DNA from: Candidatus Aenigmatarchaeota archaeon
Lineage (GTDB): Archaea > Aenigmatarchaeota > Aenigmatarchaeia > Aenigmatarchaeales > JACQIB01
NCBI GenBank assembly: GCA_046760225.1
Contig: JBHIDR010000001.1
Location: forward strand, 1-61,483
Length of the DNA: 61,483 bases
Direction: 5' to 3'
The notes under the pieces are model-generated. The model was not told the DNA's origin, ran no database searches, and saw only the letters and a list, made by a program, of their open reading frames with translations. A program made the position numbers and the translations under genes. Within the stretch, counting starts at the first letter, position 1. The number at the start of each line of letters is the position of its first letter. Shown here piece after piece: positions 1 through 9,784 of this stretch.

Positions 1-881
1 GAAGAGGCTCCCTGGTTCTTTTGTCATGCGAGGCATTTGGCGGTGACCAAAAAAAAGCAGTAAGAACAGCTGCTGCAATGCAGATGTCAGAAGAATGGCT
101 CCTGGTGCATGATGACTGGGAAGATGATTCTGATGAGAGAAGGGGGAAACCAGCCCTGCACAAGATGTATGGTGACAAGGTTGCAGTCAATGCAGGAGAC
201 ATGCTGCACCTGATGATGTGGAAAATATTGATAGACAACAGGGAAGTGCTTGATGAAGAAACAACATTCAAGGTGCTCAAGGAATTTTCAAGATTTCTAT
301 ACATTACAGCAAGGGGACAGCACCTGGAGTTAAGCTTGATTTACAAGAAACCAATAGAGGAGCTTGAGTACAAGGACTATGAGGACGTGGTCTATGGAAA
401 GACATGCGAATATACAATAGCAGGACCACTAAGGCTAGGTGCAATAATAGCTGGCCAAGGAGAAGAAGTACTGAAGAAGATAACTGAAATTGGAATAGCA
501 CTGGGAAAGGGGTTCCAGATAAGGGACGACCTTCTGAATATTATTGGAGAAGGTTCTGTATATGGAAAGGAGATTGGCGGAGATGTTTTTGAGGGAAAGA
601 GGACACTCATGGTGATACACCTGATAAAGAACACAGAGGGGGAGGAGCACAAGAAGGTTATAGAAATAATGACAAAGAAGAGAAAGGACAAAACCCCTGA
701 AGAGGTCCAGTACATAATAGACCTTATGAAGAAAAGAGGCTCTATAGAATTTGCTGAAAAGGCAGCGCAAGAATTTGCAAAGGAAGCAAAGGAAAAGTTC
801 AACAAATATTTCCCTAACATCAAGAAAAGAGAAGAGATTGAGGCAGCTATTGACTTTTTTGCAGTAAAAAGAAACCTCTAA
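1..881 (+). CDS. trans-isoprenyl (geranylgeranyl-type) diphosphate synthase, 5' end cut by window edge
   Basis: The frame is open from the window start. It has the first Asp-rich motif LLVHDDWEDDSDERRGKP and the second motif GKGFQIRDDLLN of class I trans-prenyltransferases. Confidence 0.85.
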   Translation, partial: RGSLVLLSCEAFGGDQKKAVRTAAAMQMSEEWLLVHDDWEDDSDERRGKPALHKMYGDKVAVNAGDMLHLMMWKILIDNREVLDEETTFKVLKEFSRFLYITARGQHLELSLIYKKPIEELEYKDYEDVVYGKTCEYTIAGPLRLGAIIAGQGEEVLKKITEIGIALGKGFQIRDDLLNIIGEGSVYGKEIGGDVFEGKRTLMVIHLIKNTEGEEHKKVIEIMTKKRKDKTPEEVQYIIDLMKKRGSIEFAEKAAQEFAKEAKEKFNKYFPNIKKREEIEAAIDFFAVKRNL

Positions 882-940
882 GGTATCAATTGCCATATTC
901 TTTTCACAAGGCATTTAAAGCTTTTGACTTAATCTTTATC

Positions 941-1597
941 ATGGAAATAGTACCAAGGGGCAAGGTCACTGCTGATGCATTTACTTCACGTTATGATAGG
1001 ATTGAGCTTGTCCTGAAGGAGCATGGCAAGGTGCTTGAACTAGGGTCCATGCCAATGGCTTACAAGAAAGTAAGCGAGGACAAGAGGCCAGGAATACTTT
1101 CAGGAGTGGGTGAATATTCAGAAATAATAGGAAAGTGCATGGATCCAGAAGTGGACATTGTGCACAGCAACAACAACTATAGTTTTGAGCACAGGGGCAA
1201 GATTTCTTTTTACAGGGGCGCAAGGTCAATGGGAAACTGTAAAGTAAAAGCTAATAACTTCAGATTTACAGTGCATGAGTTTGCAATAGCAGAGAATGAG
1301 AGAGGCAAAGGATATGGAAAAGAAGCTCTTGAAGCAACCTTGGAATATGGCAGGATAATAGGAAAGATTCCTATATTTGAAGTATGTGACATGAGTGATG
1401 CATTTAGCTTTCTGGTAGATCAGGGAATTGAAGTATGGGGATATCCCAGGGATATTGATGAATATGCATATCTGATTCATCCTGATCATGTAAAGCTTAT
1501 GAAAAAGAGCTATGGTTTAGAAAAACATGATGGAAGCAAGATAAAGACCATAAAGGACTTTGCAGAACTTGTAAGAGAAGCTACGCAGGAACTATAA
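941..1597 (+). CDS. hypothetical protein, possible GNAT-like acetyltransferase domain
   Basis: The segment FAIAENERGKGYGKEAL resembles GNAT motif A (R/QxxGxG/A). The start was taken at MEIVPRG. I recognise nothing else. Confidence 0.3.
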   Translation: MEIVPRGKVTADAFTSRYDRIELVLKEHGKVLELGSMPMAYKKVSEDKRPGILSGVGEYSEIIGKCMDPEVDIVHSNNNYSFEHRGKISFYRGARSMGNCKVKANNFRFTVHEFAIAENERGKGYGKEALEATLEYGRIIGKIPIFEVCDMSDAFSFLVDQGIEVWGYPRDIDEYAYLIHPDHVKLMKKSYGLEKHDGSKIKTIKDFAELVREATQEL

Positions 1598-1633
1598 TTA
1601 ATCTTTTTATTCTTTGGGAAACAATCAAGAAGT

Positions 1634-2197
1634 ATGATATCAGAAAGCAGTGGCAAATTCCTGGTCCAGCTTGCCAGGGACGTCATAGTATCAGAGCTCA
1701 AGGAGGAAGTGATAGTCATACCTCCGGAATATCCTAGGGAACTTGACCAGAGAACAGGCATATTTGTCACACTTTTCAAGAAAATGAGTGGTTTCAGGCA
1801 GCTGAGGGGATGCATAGGCCTGGCATACCCAGAAAAGCCGCTTGTAGAGGGCTGTGTGCAGGCTGCTATTGCTGTTCTCAAGGATGACAGGTTCCCTGCA
1901 ATCAAGCTTGAGGATGTGGACAGCATAGAAGTAGAGGTCTCTGTGCTCACTGAGCCCACAAGGATGACAGTGGAGAAACCAGAGGACTATCTTGAAAAAA
2001 TAGAGATAGGCAGGGACGGGCTGATAATAAAGAAGGGCATAATGTCTGGGTTGCTTCTGCCACAAGTGCCTGTTGAGCAGGCATGGGATGTGCAGCAGTA
2101 CCTGAATAACCTGTGCATAAAGGCAGGGCTCTCAGAAAATACCTGGCTCGACCCTGCTGCAGAAATATACAGGTTCAAATCACAGATTTTCAAATAG
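1634..2197 (+). CDS. AMMECR1 domain protein
   Basis: It has the hallmark LRGCIG motif and a typical size of 187 aa. Confidence 0.85.
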   Translation: MISESSGKFLVQLARDVIVSELKEEVIVIPPEYPRELDQRTGIFVTLFKKMSGFRQLRGCIGLAYPEKPLVEGCVQAAIAVLKDDRFPAIKLEDVDSIEVEVSVLTEPTRMTVEKPEDYLEKIEIGRDGLIIKKGIMSGLLLPQVPVEQAWDVQQYLNNLCIKAGLSENTWLDPAAEIYRFKSQIFK

Positions 2198-2235
2198 GTC
2201 TTGCATTTTTAAGTTTTCTAGAAGACTATTTATTT

Positions 2236-3258
2236 ATGGAATCCCTGGATAGCTTTGGTTATGTCTGGATGGCTCCAAGCCCGTTCACTGATAACTTAAA
2301 AGCAATAAAAAAGGCCATTGATGCGGGCGTAGACACTATTGTTCTTAAATCAGTAACATCCTCAGCCAGGGCAGGAGAACCTAAAAAGGGAAAAAGGATA
2401 ATCAAGAAGGGCTTTACAGCAAATATTGACCAGACCCTTTTTGTTCCGTATGAGGTTTTTGATGAAAGCACTGGTGAGACAAGGGCATCAAAAACCCTGT
2501 TTTGCACATCAACAGACCTGGACATAGAAATACTTTCTTTTGAGGAGGCAAATGCACTCTATGACCAGGTAAAGGAATATTCCCCAGAGACCAAAGTCAT
2601 ACAGAGCTTCAAGCCGCACAGGTTAGCTGATTTCCCAGAGGCCAAAAAGCTAAAAGCCGATGCAATTGAATTCAATCCACGATGGTATGAAACATCAAAT
2701 CCTAGGCCCTGTCCTGCAGTGGTCTGGAAGGACCATGACATATTTACCTCTGATGACCTTGGTCTTCCTCCTGAGATTAGGAAGGATGTCCAGGACTCCT
2801 TGTTGCTAAGGGAAGAGGCCATAAGAAAGGCTGAAGAATTCAAAAAGGGCCTTTCTAGCCTCAGGCTTGATATCCCAGTGCTTTACAAGTTTGTAAGGGA
2901 GCACTGGGAAATGGGGCTAGAGGAGCAGATTTGTTTTCCAGCAGACGGCTATACCTATGCTGATTCGAGAAAAGTGGGTTCATACCAGACAAAGGATGGC
3001 TATTGTCGCCTTCAATGGGGAAAGGGCTCACTCTGCGGTGAGATTCTCAAAGAAGACACAAGGGGTATGATAAAGATGCTGCGATCCAGAAAGCCAGAGA
3101 CCTATATCTCTGCTTCTGGTGGGATAATGGCCCTGGAAGACGCGCTGTACTGCCTGGAGAACGGGGCCGATTCTGTGCAGCTTTGCAGTGCGGTTTATTT
3201 TGATGGCTTTCGTGCAGTTAAGAAGATTGTTGAGGGTGTGGCCAAGGCTTTCAAATAA
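2236..3258 (+). CDS. dihydroorotate/dihydropyrimidine dehydrogenase-like FMN TIM-barrel protein
   Basis: The C-terminal ISASGGIMALEDALYCLENGADSVQLCSAVYFDG matches the GGI..A..GA..VQ..SA phosphate-binding end of the DHOD family. The start was moved to internal MESLD (2236), because the upstream part overlaps the AMMECR1 gene. Confidence 0.45.
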   Translation: MESLDSFGYVWMAPSPFTDNLKAIKKAIDAGVDTIVLKSVTSSARAGEPKKGKRIIKKGFTANIDQTLFVPYEVFDESTGETRASKTLFCTSTDLDIEILSFEEANALYDQVKEYSPETKVIQSFKPHRLADFPEAKKLKADAIEFNPRWYETSNPRPCPAVVWKDHDIFTSDDLGLPPEIRKDVQDSLLLREEAIRKAEEFKKGLSSLRLDIPVLYKFVREHWEMGLEEQICFPADGYTYADSRKVGSYQTKDGYCRLQWGKGSLCGEILKEDTRGMIKMLRSRKPETYISASGGIMALEDALYCLENGADSVQLCSAVYFDGFRAVKKIVEGVAKAFK

Positions 3259-3658
3259 GGTCAGGGTAGTTTTTCCTGATATTTTCTTCAAGTTCCATGA
3301 TTTTCCTGTCCTTTTCCTCTTTCTCAATTCTTCCAATCCACTGGGAGACCCTTAGTTCATGCTTGCCAAAGAGCTCTGCAAGCTTGGGCTTTGGATATTT
3401 TGTTTTCCTGTAAGGAATCTCTTCCTCATCAGCTGGATAGCCGTCTGGAAGCCTGTGGTTCCTGAAAACAAATGACCTTTCCTTGAACTCCACTGATATG
3501 AAGCGCTCAAGAAGACCATAAAGGGGCAGGAACATGAGGCTGTGGCCATCCTCATTGTAATAAAGCTCGTTCATGCGCTTGTAGGTACCCCGGACAACTA
3601 GCTTGTAGTTGTTCTTGTCAAGATACTTGTCCAGCCACTCGAGCTTTGTTTTTTCCAT
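3251..3658 (-). CDS. hypothetical protein
   Basis: This is the 135-aa part of ORF 3251..3865, starting at MEKTKLEW. The N-terminal extension of the track ORF is antisense to a better plus-strand mini-ORF. Confidence 0.5.
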   Translation of the reverse strand: MEKTKLEWLDKYLDKNNYKLVVRGTYKRMNELYYNEDGHSLMFLPLYGLLERFISVEFKERSFVFRNHRLPDGYPADEEEIPYRKTKYPKPKLAELFGKHELRVSQWIGRIEKEEKDRKIMELEENIRKNYPDLI

Positions 3659-3719
3659 TACCAGATAATCATATGAAAAATATTTAAGATAGACTGTACA
3701 ATGCTTTAGAATGGACACA

Positions 3720-3875
3720 ATGTGCAAGGCAAATGTTCTTAATGTAAAGGGCAGCAGGGCTATTGTTGACATAAACGGCACAAGAAAGGCTGTTTCTGTT
3801 AGGGAAGGAGTCAAAATAAGGAAAGGAGACACTGTTCTGATTGCTTTTGGCTCTATTATTGACAAGCTGAGATAA
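3720..3875 (+). CDS. HypC/HupF-like small OB-fold protein (51 aa)
   Basis: It is not in the ORF track because it is under 60 aa. MCKANVLNVKGSRAIVDINGTRKAVSVREGVKIRKGDTVLIAFGSIIDKLR follows the HypC pattern, with an N-terminal Met-Cys and ...V.VGDyVLvh.GfAi.kl. An alternative ATG lies at 3711. Confidence 0.45.
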   Translation: MCKANVLNVKGSRAIVDINGTRKAVSVREGVKIRKGDTVLIAFGSIIDKLR

Positions 3876-3971
3876 CGGCATCTGACGAATGCTAAACCTA
3901 TATTTAAGCATTTCTATACTCGAGCAAAGAAAAAGAAGCTTTAATATGGGATTTTTCCATAAGAAATATAG

Positions 3972-4253
3972 GTGAAAAAAATGGTAGCAGACATGGTATG
4001 GCTAGGAATCGCGCTACTATTAGCGCCAGCGCTGGCAGAGTACGGAAAGATGAGAGCAAAGGCAGCTCAGGGATTTGCATGGGTAGCAGCAGGAGGAGTT
4101 TCCCTGCTCTTGGCAGAAGTATTTACAGTTGATCTAGCTGCTTTCGGAATCACAGCAGAGACACTTGCTTGGGGAACAGCGCTGTTTGGTGTTATCGGGC
4201 TAATTTTGGCACTTATAGGAACAATCCTTGTTTTGAAGTCAGTTCTTATGTAA
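3972..4253 (+). CDS. small membrane protein
   Basis: The 93-aa ORF has three hydrophobic Ala/Gly/Leu-rich helices. A hairpin plus T-tract follows the stop. Confidence 0.5.
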   Translation: MKKMVADMVWLGIALLLAPALAEYGKMRAKAAQGFAWVAAGGVSLLLAEVFTVDLAAFGITAETLAWGTALFGVIGLILALIGTILVLKSVLM

Positions 4254-4375
4254 GCCCGAAGAAGGCCTTCTTTTACTTTTTCTTTTCTTTTTTCATGCTT
4301 AGCCCTTATAAGAAATCCTATAATTTATAGTAGAAGCTAAAAATTATATTTAAAGGCAGAGGAGGAATAAATATT

Positions 4376-5188
4376 ATGTCATTTTATTTGAAATTGAGGC
4401 AGAAAATGGCAAAAAAGCTGAGCAAGAATGAGCTGGAACAGCTTCCAAGGAGCTACCAGATTATTGGGAAGATACTTCTGCTCAAGCTCAAGCCATCCCT
4501 ATACAGTAAGAGGAAGGCAATAGGCAGGGCAGTGCTCGAGCTGCTGCCCTATGTGCATTCAGTATTCCTGCAAAAGGGTATAGTGGACATAGAGAGGAAG
4601 CCGGAGATAGAGCTATTGGCAGGCTGCAGGGAAACACAGACGCTCCACAGGGAGCATGGCTGCAGGTTTTTGCTGGATGTGGGAAAGATAATGTGGTCCA
4701 AGGGCAACAAACAGGAAAAACTAAGAATGATCAAGCTTGTGAAGCCTGGGGAGACCATGGTTGACATGTTTGCAGGTGTAGGATACTGGTCAATCCTGGT
4801 TGCAAAGCACACAAAGGCAAGCAAGATCTATGCAATAGACATTAGCCCTGCTGCAATCAAGTACCTGGAGAAGAATGTCTGGCTGAATCAGGTGCAGGAT
4901 GAGATAGAAATCCTAAAAGGCGACTGCAGGGACTTTGCAGGACCACTCAAAAACATAGCTGACAGGGTGATAATGGGATACTTTCCTGCTAGCAAGCTCC
5001 TGCCAGCAGCAATGAGGATGGCAAAGAAGGGCGCTGTCATACATTATCATGATACCATGAAGGCAGAGGAACTGGGAAAGCTGAGGAAAGAGCTTAGGAG
5101 CAGGGGCCTGAAGGTCAAGAAGACAACAATTGTCAAGACCTATGCCCCTAATATCCTCCATGTTGTTCTGGACCTGCAAAATCCATAG
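4376..5188 (+). CDS. Trm5/Taw2 (Met-10+ like) tRNA methyltransferase
   Basis: It has the SAM motif VDMFAGVGYWSI and the overall Met-10+ layout. Size is 270 aa. Confidence 0.75.
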   Translation: MSFYLKLRQKMAKKLSKNELEQLPRSYQIIGKILLLKLKPSLYSKRKAIGRAVLELLPYVHSVFLQKGIVDIERKPEIELLAGCRETQTLHREHGCRFLLDVGKIMWSKGNKQEKLRMIKLVKPGETMVDMFAGVGYWSILVAKHTKASKIYAIDISPAAIKYLEKNVWLNQVQDEIEILKGDCRDFAGPLKNIADRVIMGYFPASKLLPAAMRMAKKGAVIHYHDTMKAEELGKLRKELRSRGLKVKKTTIVKTYAPNILHVVLDLQNP

Positions 5189-5230
5189 ATTTATATACCA
5201 CTGAATAGTAAATAATATATAGGTGGTTAA

Positions 5231-5920
5231 GTGATACCAGTATACTTCATGAGGACAGAGGGGGTCAGGGACGATGAATATAACACTGTTTGGAGAGCTG
5301 CAAAGGATATCCTTAGAATCAGTGGTGCGAGCAGAATAGTAAAGAATTTTGGTGTCTGGAGGGAAAAGGACTGGAAAGAAGATGGAAAGCTGAAGCCCTG
5401 GAGGTCCATTGACTGGTATGTTGAGGAATGCATGATGCATGGGAAAGATGAGGGCCATGGAGATCAGGTTAATGCATCAAAATTATTGGATATGCTTTAT
5501 CGCGAACCCTGGAAGAGGAAAGAGGATCATTATGATTTTTTTGTGGTTGACAAGGACCTGGCAAGAGGACCTGAAGATGCCTGGGTGGTAGGCGGCAGAA
5601 TTACCAACAGCACAGTAATATCAGTCAGCAGATGGAGGAGAATCAAGCCGTACTCATTCAGGATGGAGGTCCTGAAAACACAGGCCTACCATGAAGGAGG
5701 ACATGTCTTCGGAGCAGCAACCAGGGCCAGAGACGACACAATAGAACTGCTGGGCAGCCATTGTACTGAGTACGGATGCTCTATGAAGCAAGGAATGAGT
5801 ATTAGGGAGTGGAAGAAAAATACAGAAGAGAGAATAGATGCAGGCCAGCCATATTGCGGGAAGTGTACAGATGAGATAAAGGAATATGGCAGAAAAATCA
5901 GAGGCAGAAAGGTGATTTGA
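5231..5920 (+). CDS. amzA: archaemetzincin (zinc metalloprotease)
   Basis: HEGGHVFG...HCTEYGCSMKQG...CGKC fits the archaemetzincin HExxHxxG...C..C.M...CxxC signature. Confidence 0.85.
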   Translation: MIPVYFMRTEGVRDDEYNTVWRAAKDILRISGASRIVKNFGVWREKDWKEDGKLKPWRSIDWYVEECMMHGKDEGHGDQVNASKLLDMLYREPWKRKEDHYDFFVVDKDLARGPEDAWVVGGRITNSTVISVSRWRRIKPYSFRMEVLKTQAYHEGGHVFGAATRARDDTIELLGSHCTEYGCSMKQGMSIREWKKNTEERIDAGQPYCGKCTDEIKEYGRKIRGRKVI

Positions 5921-6150
5921 TGACAATGTACAGGAACAGCGGAAAGCCATTGAAGATAGGCAAGCCAAAGAAGAAAGCAAAGGATGAGGACCTGGAAGCT
6001 GCAAAAAAGGCAGCTGAGCAAGGAAATACCACAATGGCCAGAGCATACCTGAGCAAGGCATTTACAATGTACATCAAGGACGGTAATACAGACCTTGCAA
6101 AGATAAGGAAGAAGATAGAGGAAATTGAAAAGCAGTACAACCTGAGGTAA
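5917..6150 (+). CDS. small basic hypothetical protein
   Basis: The 77-aa Lys-rich ORF overlaps the preceding stop in an ATGA-type junction. Confidence 0.5.
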   Translation: MMTMYRNSGKPLKIGKPKKKAKDEDLEAAKKAAEQGNTTMARAYLSKAFTMYIKDGNTDLAKIRKKIEEIEKQYNLR

Positions 6151-6155
6151 TTATT

Positions 6156-6638
6156 ATGGCAGAATATGACATTGATTCTGAAAGGGAGAAATTCAAGAAA
6201 GAAATAGAGGAAGGCAGGAAAAAAATGAGAAAGGATATAGAAGAGGCAAGGACAGGTAGGAATTACAAGTATGATGAGGGGGAAGAGAAGTTTGAAGAAG
6301 CACAGGACGAATATGTGACAATCACTGTTAATGACAAACCTTCTCAGGAGCCTGAGGAGGAAAGATATGAGGAGAAGGCCAAGCTCATAAATGAGATGGA
6401 AGGTGAGCTAGAGCATATATCCTCGCTTGCTGCTATTGAATCAAAGGATTTGCCTTTCAAGGTTTATGTTCAAACCATGATGAGAGTAATGAAAGAAACC
6501 CTTAGCCAGGACGAGTATGCTGATGAACTTTTGAATTTAGCTGAGCTTGCAGCTCTTGACAAGGAAGACCGATATGAGCTTGTAGATTTTGAAGAGTTCA
6601 AAAGCCTGAGGAAGCAAGGGTTTTACAACAGTAAGTAA
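6156..6638 (+). CDS. acidic hypothetical protein
   Basis: The 160-aa Glu/Asp-rich ORF lies 5 nt after the previous gene. Confidence 0.55.
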   Translation: MAEYDIDSEREKFKKEIEEGRKKMRKDIEEARTGRNYKYDEGEEKFEEAQDEYVTITVNDKPSQEPEEERYEEKAKLINEMEGELEHISSLAAIESKDLPFKVYVQTMMRVMKETLSQDEYADELLNLAELAALDKEDRYELVDFEEFKSLRKQGFYNSK

Positions 6639-6652
6639 CAGGGTGAAATAAA

Positions 6653-6802
6653 ATGATAGAGCCAAACAAGGATTCGTTCGACTATTATTGGGAGCAGAAG
6701 GAAGCGCTAGAAGCAGATGAGAGCTGGGAGGACGTGTACAGGCTGAACGGCGTGAACCCGTTCTATAACAAGAGCCCAGACCACAGGGCTACAAAACCTT
6801 GA
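6653..6802 (+). CDS. possible 49-aa mini-ORF
   Basis: ATG at 6653 follows GGGTGA. It encodes MIEPNKDSFDYYWEQKEALEADESWEDVYRLNGVNPFYNKSPDHRATKP. Its end overlaps the convergent gene by 14 nt. Confidence 0.3.
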   Translation: MIEPNKDSFDYYWEQKEALEADESWEDVYRLNGVNPFYNKSPDHRATKP

Positions 6803-7556
6803 TATCGAGCCTGATCTTCATCCTGTAAGGTGCATAGGGCAGTACTTTCTGGCTTGACAATACCCTTATCTTTCTGTTGTGCTGCTTTGCAGCCAGCTTC
6901 ACCTTTTCCTTGAAGTCAGAGAAGTCCTTTTGCCTTGAGATGCCATAGAGATGTATTATTGCACCTTTCTTGGCTGCCTTGAAGGCAACATCCAGGTATT
7001 CCACTGCTTTCTCAGGAAGTGGCATTATTATCCTGTTGAACCTGCCAAGTCCTGCTGCATCGCGCACGTCCCAGCAATAGTTCCTTATGTTATAGGTCAT
7101 GTTAAGCCTGAGGTTCTCGTTCGCATAGTCCACTGCATCATTGTTTATCTCAATGCATACTATCTCTGCTTCTGGCTGTTTCTTTGCAATTGCTATTGCA
7201 ATTGGCGCGATTCCAGAGAACATGACCAGCACACGCTCCTTCTTCTTCACCTTCTCGGCCAGCCTCTGCCTTTCTGTTGATTCCCTTGGAGAGAAAAAGA
7301 CCTTTTTCGGGTCCAGTTTGAAGAGCATTCCGTGCTCCTTGTGGATTACTTCTGTTTTCCTGCTGCCTCCGGCAATCCTCAGGTTGTAAATCCTGTATAT
7401 GCCCCCCCTGGGGCTCCTTTTCACGAGCACAGACTTGATGTGGTTATATCTCGACATGATGTCCTTGGCTACTTGCTTTTCCTTCCCATTGGGCCTGGAG
7501 TCTATTATTGCAACGGCCTTTTCCTTGCTCCCTATTACATCAAATGCTATCCTCAT
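6789..7556 (-). CDS. second Trm5/Taw2 (Met-10+ like) methyltransferase paralog
   Basis: It has the SAM motif VLVMFSGIAPIAIAIAKK and the same domain order as 4376..5188. Its start overlaps the TFB stop. Confidence 0.7.
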   Translation of the reverse strand: MRIAFDVIGSKEKAVAIIDSRPNGKEKQVAKDIMSRYNHIKSVLVKRSPRGGIYRIYNLRIAGGSRKTEVIHKEHGMLFKLDPKKVFFSPRESTERQRLAEKVKKKERVLVMFSGIAPIAIAIAKKQPEAEIVCIEINNDAVDYANENLRLNMTYNIRNYCWDVRDAAGLGRFNRIIMPLPEKAVEYLDVAFKAAKKGAIIHLYGISRQKDFSDFKEKVKLAAKQHNRKIRVLSSQKVLPYAPYRMKIRLDIKVL

Positions 7557-8464
7557 ATGAACTCCTCCAAATCAAGGTTGTCCTTGTACAAGCTATAAAT
7601 CTTCCTTATTGATACCTCTGTGACATCAGAGGCATTTGCTACCTCTCTTTGGCTTCTTATTTCATTGTTCAGTTTTGTGCTCGTATATGTTGCACCAGCT
7701 GCAATAACAACAGGATTTCTCCCCCTTGTTATGCCCTTCTCCTTGTCTCTCTTTATGAGCTGTCTTGCTATGTTCTGCGTATCAATTGACAGCTTTAACT
7801 CAGAACACAGCCATGAAAGGTAGTCCTCGGCTTCAGGGATATTGACGCTCTTGAGCTCCCTTATCTTCTTTTTAAGTGCCTTTACAGCCTTTCCTGCCCC
7901 CCTTCTTTCACAATTGCATTTCTTGGAAATCATGTCAATTGACCTTGGTATGCCGCGTTTCTTGCATAGAATATCAAATATTCCTGCTATAAGCTCATCA
8001 TAAGAACGGCCGCGGGTCAGCGTGCCCCTGGCTTCCCAAAGGTAATAGGCTGCCTCCTCCCTTATGCTGCTTGGCAAGCCAATCTTAGAGCCGTACATGT
8101 CCAGCTTCTCCAAGCCATCCTTAAAACTTCTATCCTTCTCTACTATTGTCTGCCAGTTCAGCCTGCTGAGCCTTCTTGCTGTTTTCTTGTCTTTGACATC
8201 CTTGTAATCGCCTTTTCTTCCACCTATTGTTGTTGATACACCCTTGTCATGCCTCCTGTATGTAGATTTTGGCCTGTAGATGGGCCTGCCTTCGCCATCA
8301 TATTCATGCTTTCCTGTGCCGCTGGCAAATATGCTTTCATCAGGAACATAGCCACATTCTTCGCAGTACTTTTCTCCCATATCATACTCCTTGACAATGC
8401 GGCCCTCACATTCAGGGCACTTGTCCATGTCTTCAGGCTTCTTCTCTGAATCAGAACCTTCCAT
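7553..8464 (-). CDS. tfb: transcription initiation factor IIB
   Basis: It has an N-terminal Zn ribbon (CPECEGRIVKEYDMGEKYCEECGYV) followed by two cyclin-like repeats. Size is 303 aa. Confidence 0.9.
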   Translation of the reverse strand: MEGSDSEKKPEDMDKCPECEGRIVKEYDMGEKYCEECGYVPDESIFASGTGKHEYDGEGRPIYRPKSTYRRHDKGVSTTIGGRKGDYKDVKDKKTARRLSRLNWQTIVEKDRSFKDGLEKLDMYGSKIGLPSSIREEAAYYLWEARGTLTRGRSYDELIAGIFDILCKKRGIPRSIDMISKKCNCERRGAGKAVKALKKKIRELKSVNIPEAEDYLSWLCSELKLSIDTQNIARQLIKRDKEKGITRGRNPVVIAAGATYTSTKLNNEIRSQREVANASDVTEVSIRKIYSLYKDNLDLEEFI

Positions 8465-8516
8465 AATTAGAATTAGTAAATGAAGGTTTAAATAAATCAG
8501 GGGGCGATTAAGACGT

Positions 8517-9215
8517 ATGCTTTATTTGATAGGCCTTGGCCTTGGGGATGAGAAGAGCCTGAGCCTTGAGGCAATAGAGGCAGCAAAGAAATGCAAGTGC
8601 TACTGTGAACTGTACACGAACAAATGGTTCGGCAACATAGCTGGCTTGGAAAGACTGGTAGAAACAGGTGTAAAGGAGCTGAAGAGGAAGGACCTGGAAG
8701 AGGGGACAGAGGAAATAGTGAGGGAAGCAAGGCAAAAAGACATAGCAATCTTTGTTCCAGGCGATCCCCTGGCTGCTACCACGCACGTGGAGCTTGTTCT
8801 AGAGGCCAAAAAGCAAGGTACAGAGGTCAAGATAATCCATAATTCATCCATATTCTCAGCTGTGGCTGAAAGCGGGCTGCAGCTGTACAAGTTCGGCAGG
8901 ACAGCAACTGTGCCATTTAGCGGCCAGATGGAGGCAGTAAAAGAAGCGCTTGAAGCAAACAGGGCAGCAGGGCTTCATACCCTGCTTCTCCTGGACCTGG
9001 ATGTAGAGGGAAAGAAGTACATGACAGTGCCAGAAGCCCTGAAAATGCTTGGGAACCTCGTCCAGGGCAAGGTTATAGCTGCTTCCAGACTTGGCTACCA
9101 GCCGAAAATAGCCTATGGGGCAAAGGAGGACATGAGAGACATAGGCACGCCTGCTGTGCTTGTTGTTCCTGGAAAGCTGCACTTCAAGGAAGAGGAGTTC
9201 CTAAAAAGCTTATAA
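8517..9215 (+). CDS. dph5: diphthine synthase
   Basis: It has the MLYLIGLGLGDEKSLSLEAIEAAKKC N-terminus and the tetrapyrrole-methylase fold signature GDPLAATTH. Confidence 0.9.
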   Translation: MLYLIGLGLGDEKSLSLEAIEAAKKCKCYCELYTNKWFGNIAGLERLVETGVKELKRKDLEEGTEEIVREARQKDIAIFVPGDPLAATTHVELVLEAKKQGTEVKIIHNSSIFSAVAESGLQLYKFGRTATVPFSGQMEAVKEALEANRAAGLHTLLLLDLDVEGKKYMTVPEALKMLGNLVQGKVIAASRLGYQPKIAYGAKEDMRDIGTPAVLVVPGKLHFKEEEFLKSL

Positions 9216-9238
9216 GTCTTTTTCCCCTAATTTAAGGT

Positions 9239-9709
9239 ATGGAAGAAGCTAAAGAACCAAAAAAAGAGGATGTACAAAAAATTCTGGATTATCTGAATGG
9301 TGAGATGAACATTGACGAGCTCAAACAAGGGCTTGGACCAGAATACGGAGGGAGCGACATATCTAAAGAAGACTATACGCTTGCTTCTGGACTACCTGTG
9401 ATTAATTCAATCCGCGATTTTTATGATACTTGCCGAAAACTAAGCAAGGTTGAGAAGGAAGCATATGCTGCGCTATACCTTAAAGCAATTGAAGCCAATT
9501 CCAAGGAGGCTGGTCTTGATACCAAGAACATAATGTACATGGCTCAAGGCGCTGTCCATTCAATTGTGTATGACAATAGAGAACCCCCATTTACAGTGAA
9601 TGAGATGATGGAGTTCTGGAAAAGAGGTGCACAAAGGGCTGCGCGGAAGGAACTACTTCAGAACCTCTCAGAAATAGAGAAACATGTGACACTGCATCCA
9701 AGTCTGTAA
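9239..9709 (+). CDS. hypothetical protein
   Basis: The 156-aa ORF is the only long frame here. I recognise no motif. Confidence 0.5.
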   Translation: MEEAKEPKKEDVQKILDYLNGEMNIDELKQGLGPEYGGSDISKEDYTLASGLPVINSIRDFYDTCRKLSKVEKEAYAALYLKAIEANSKEAGLDTKNIMYMAQGAVHSIVYDNREPPFTVNEMMEFWKRGAQRAARKELLQNLSEIEKHVTLHPSL

Positions 9710-9784
9710 TTTCAGTAAAAACGATTTTACCCTTATTTTCGAGGTCTATGGATTTTATGCGTAAAGGGCGCTAATTATTAATTA

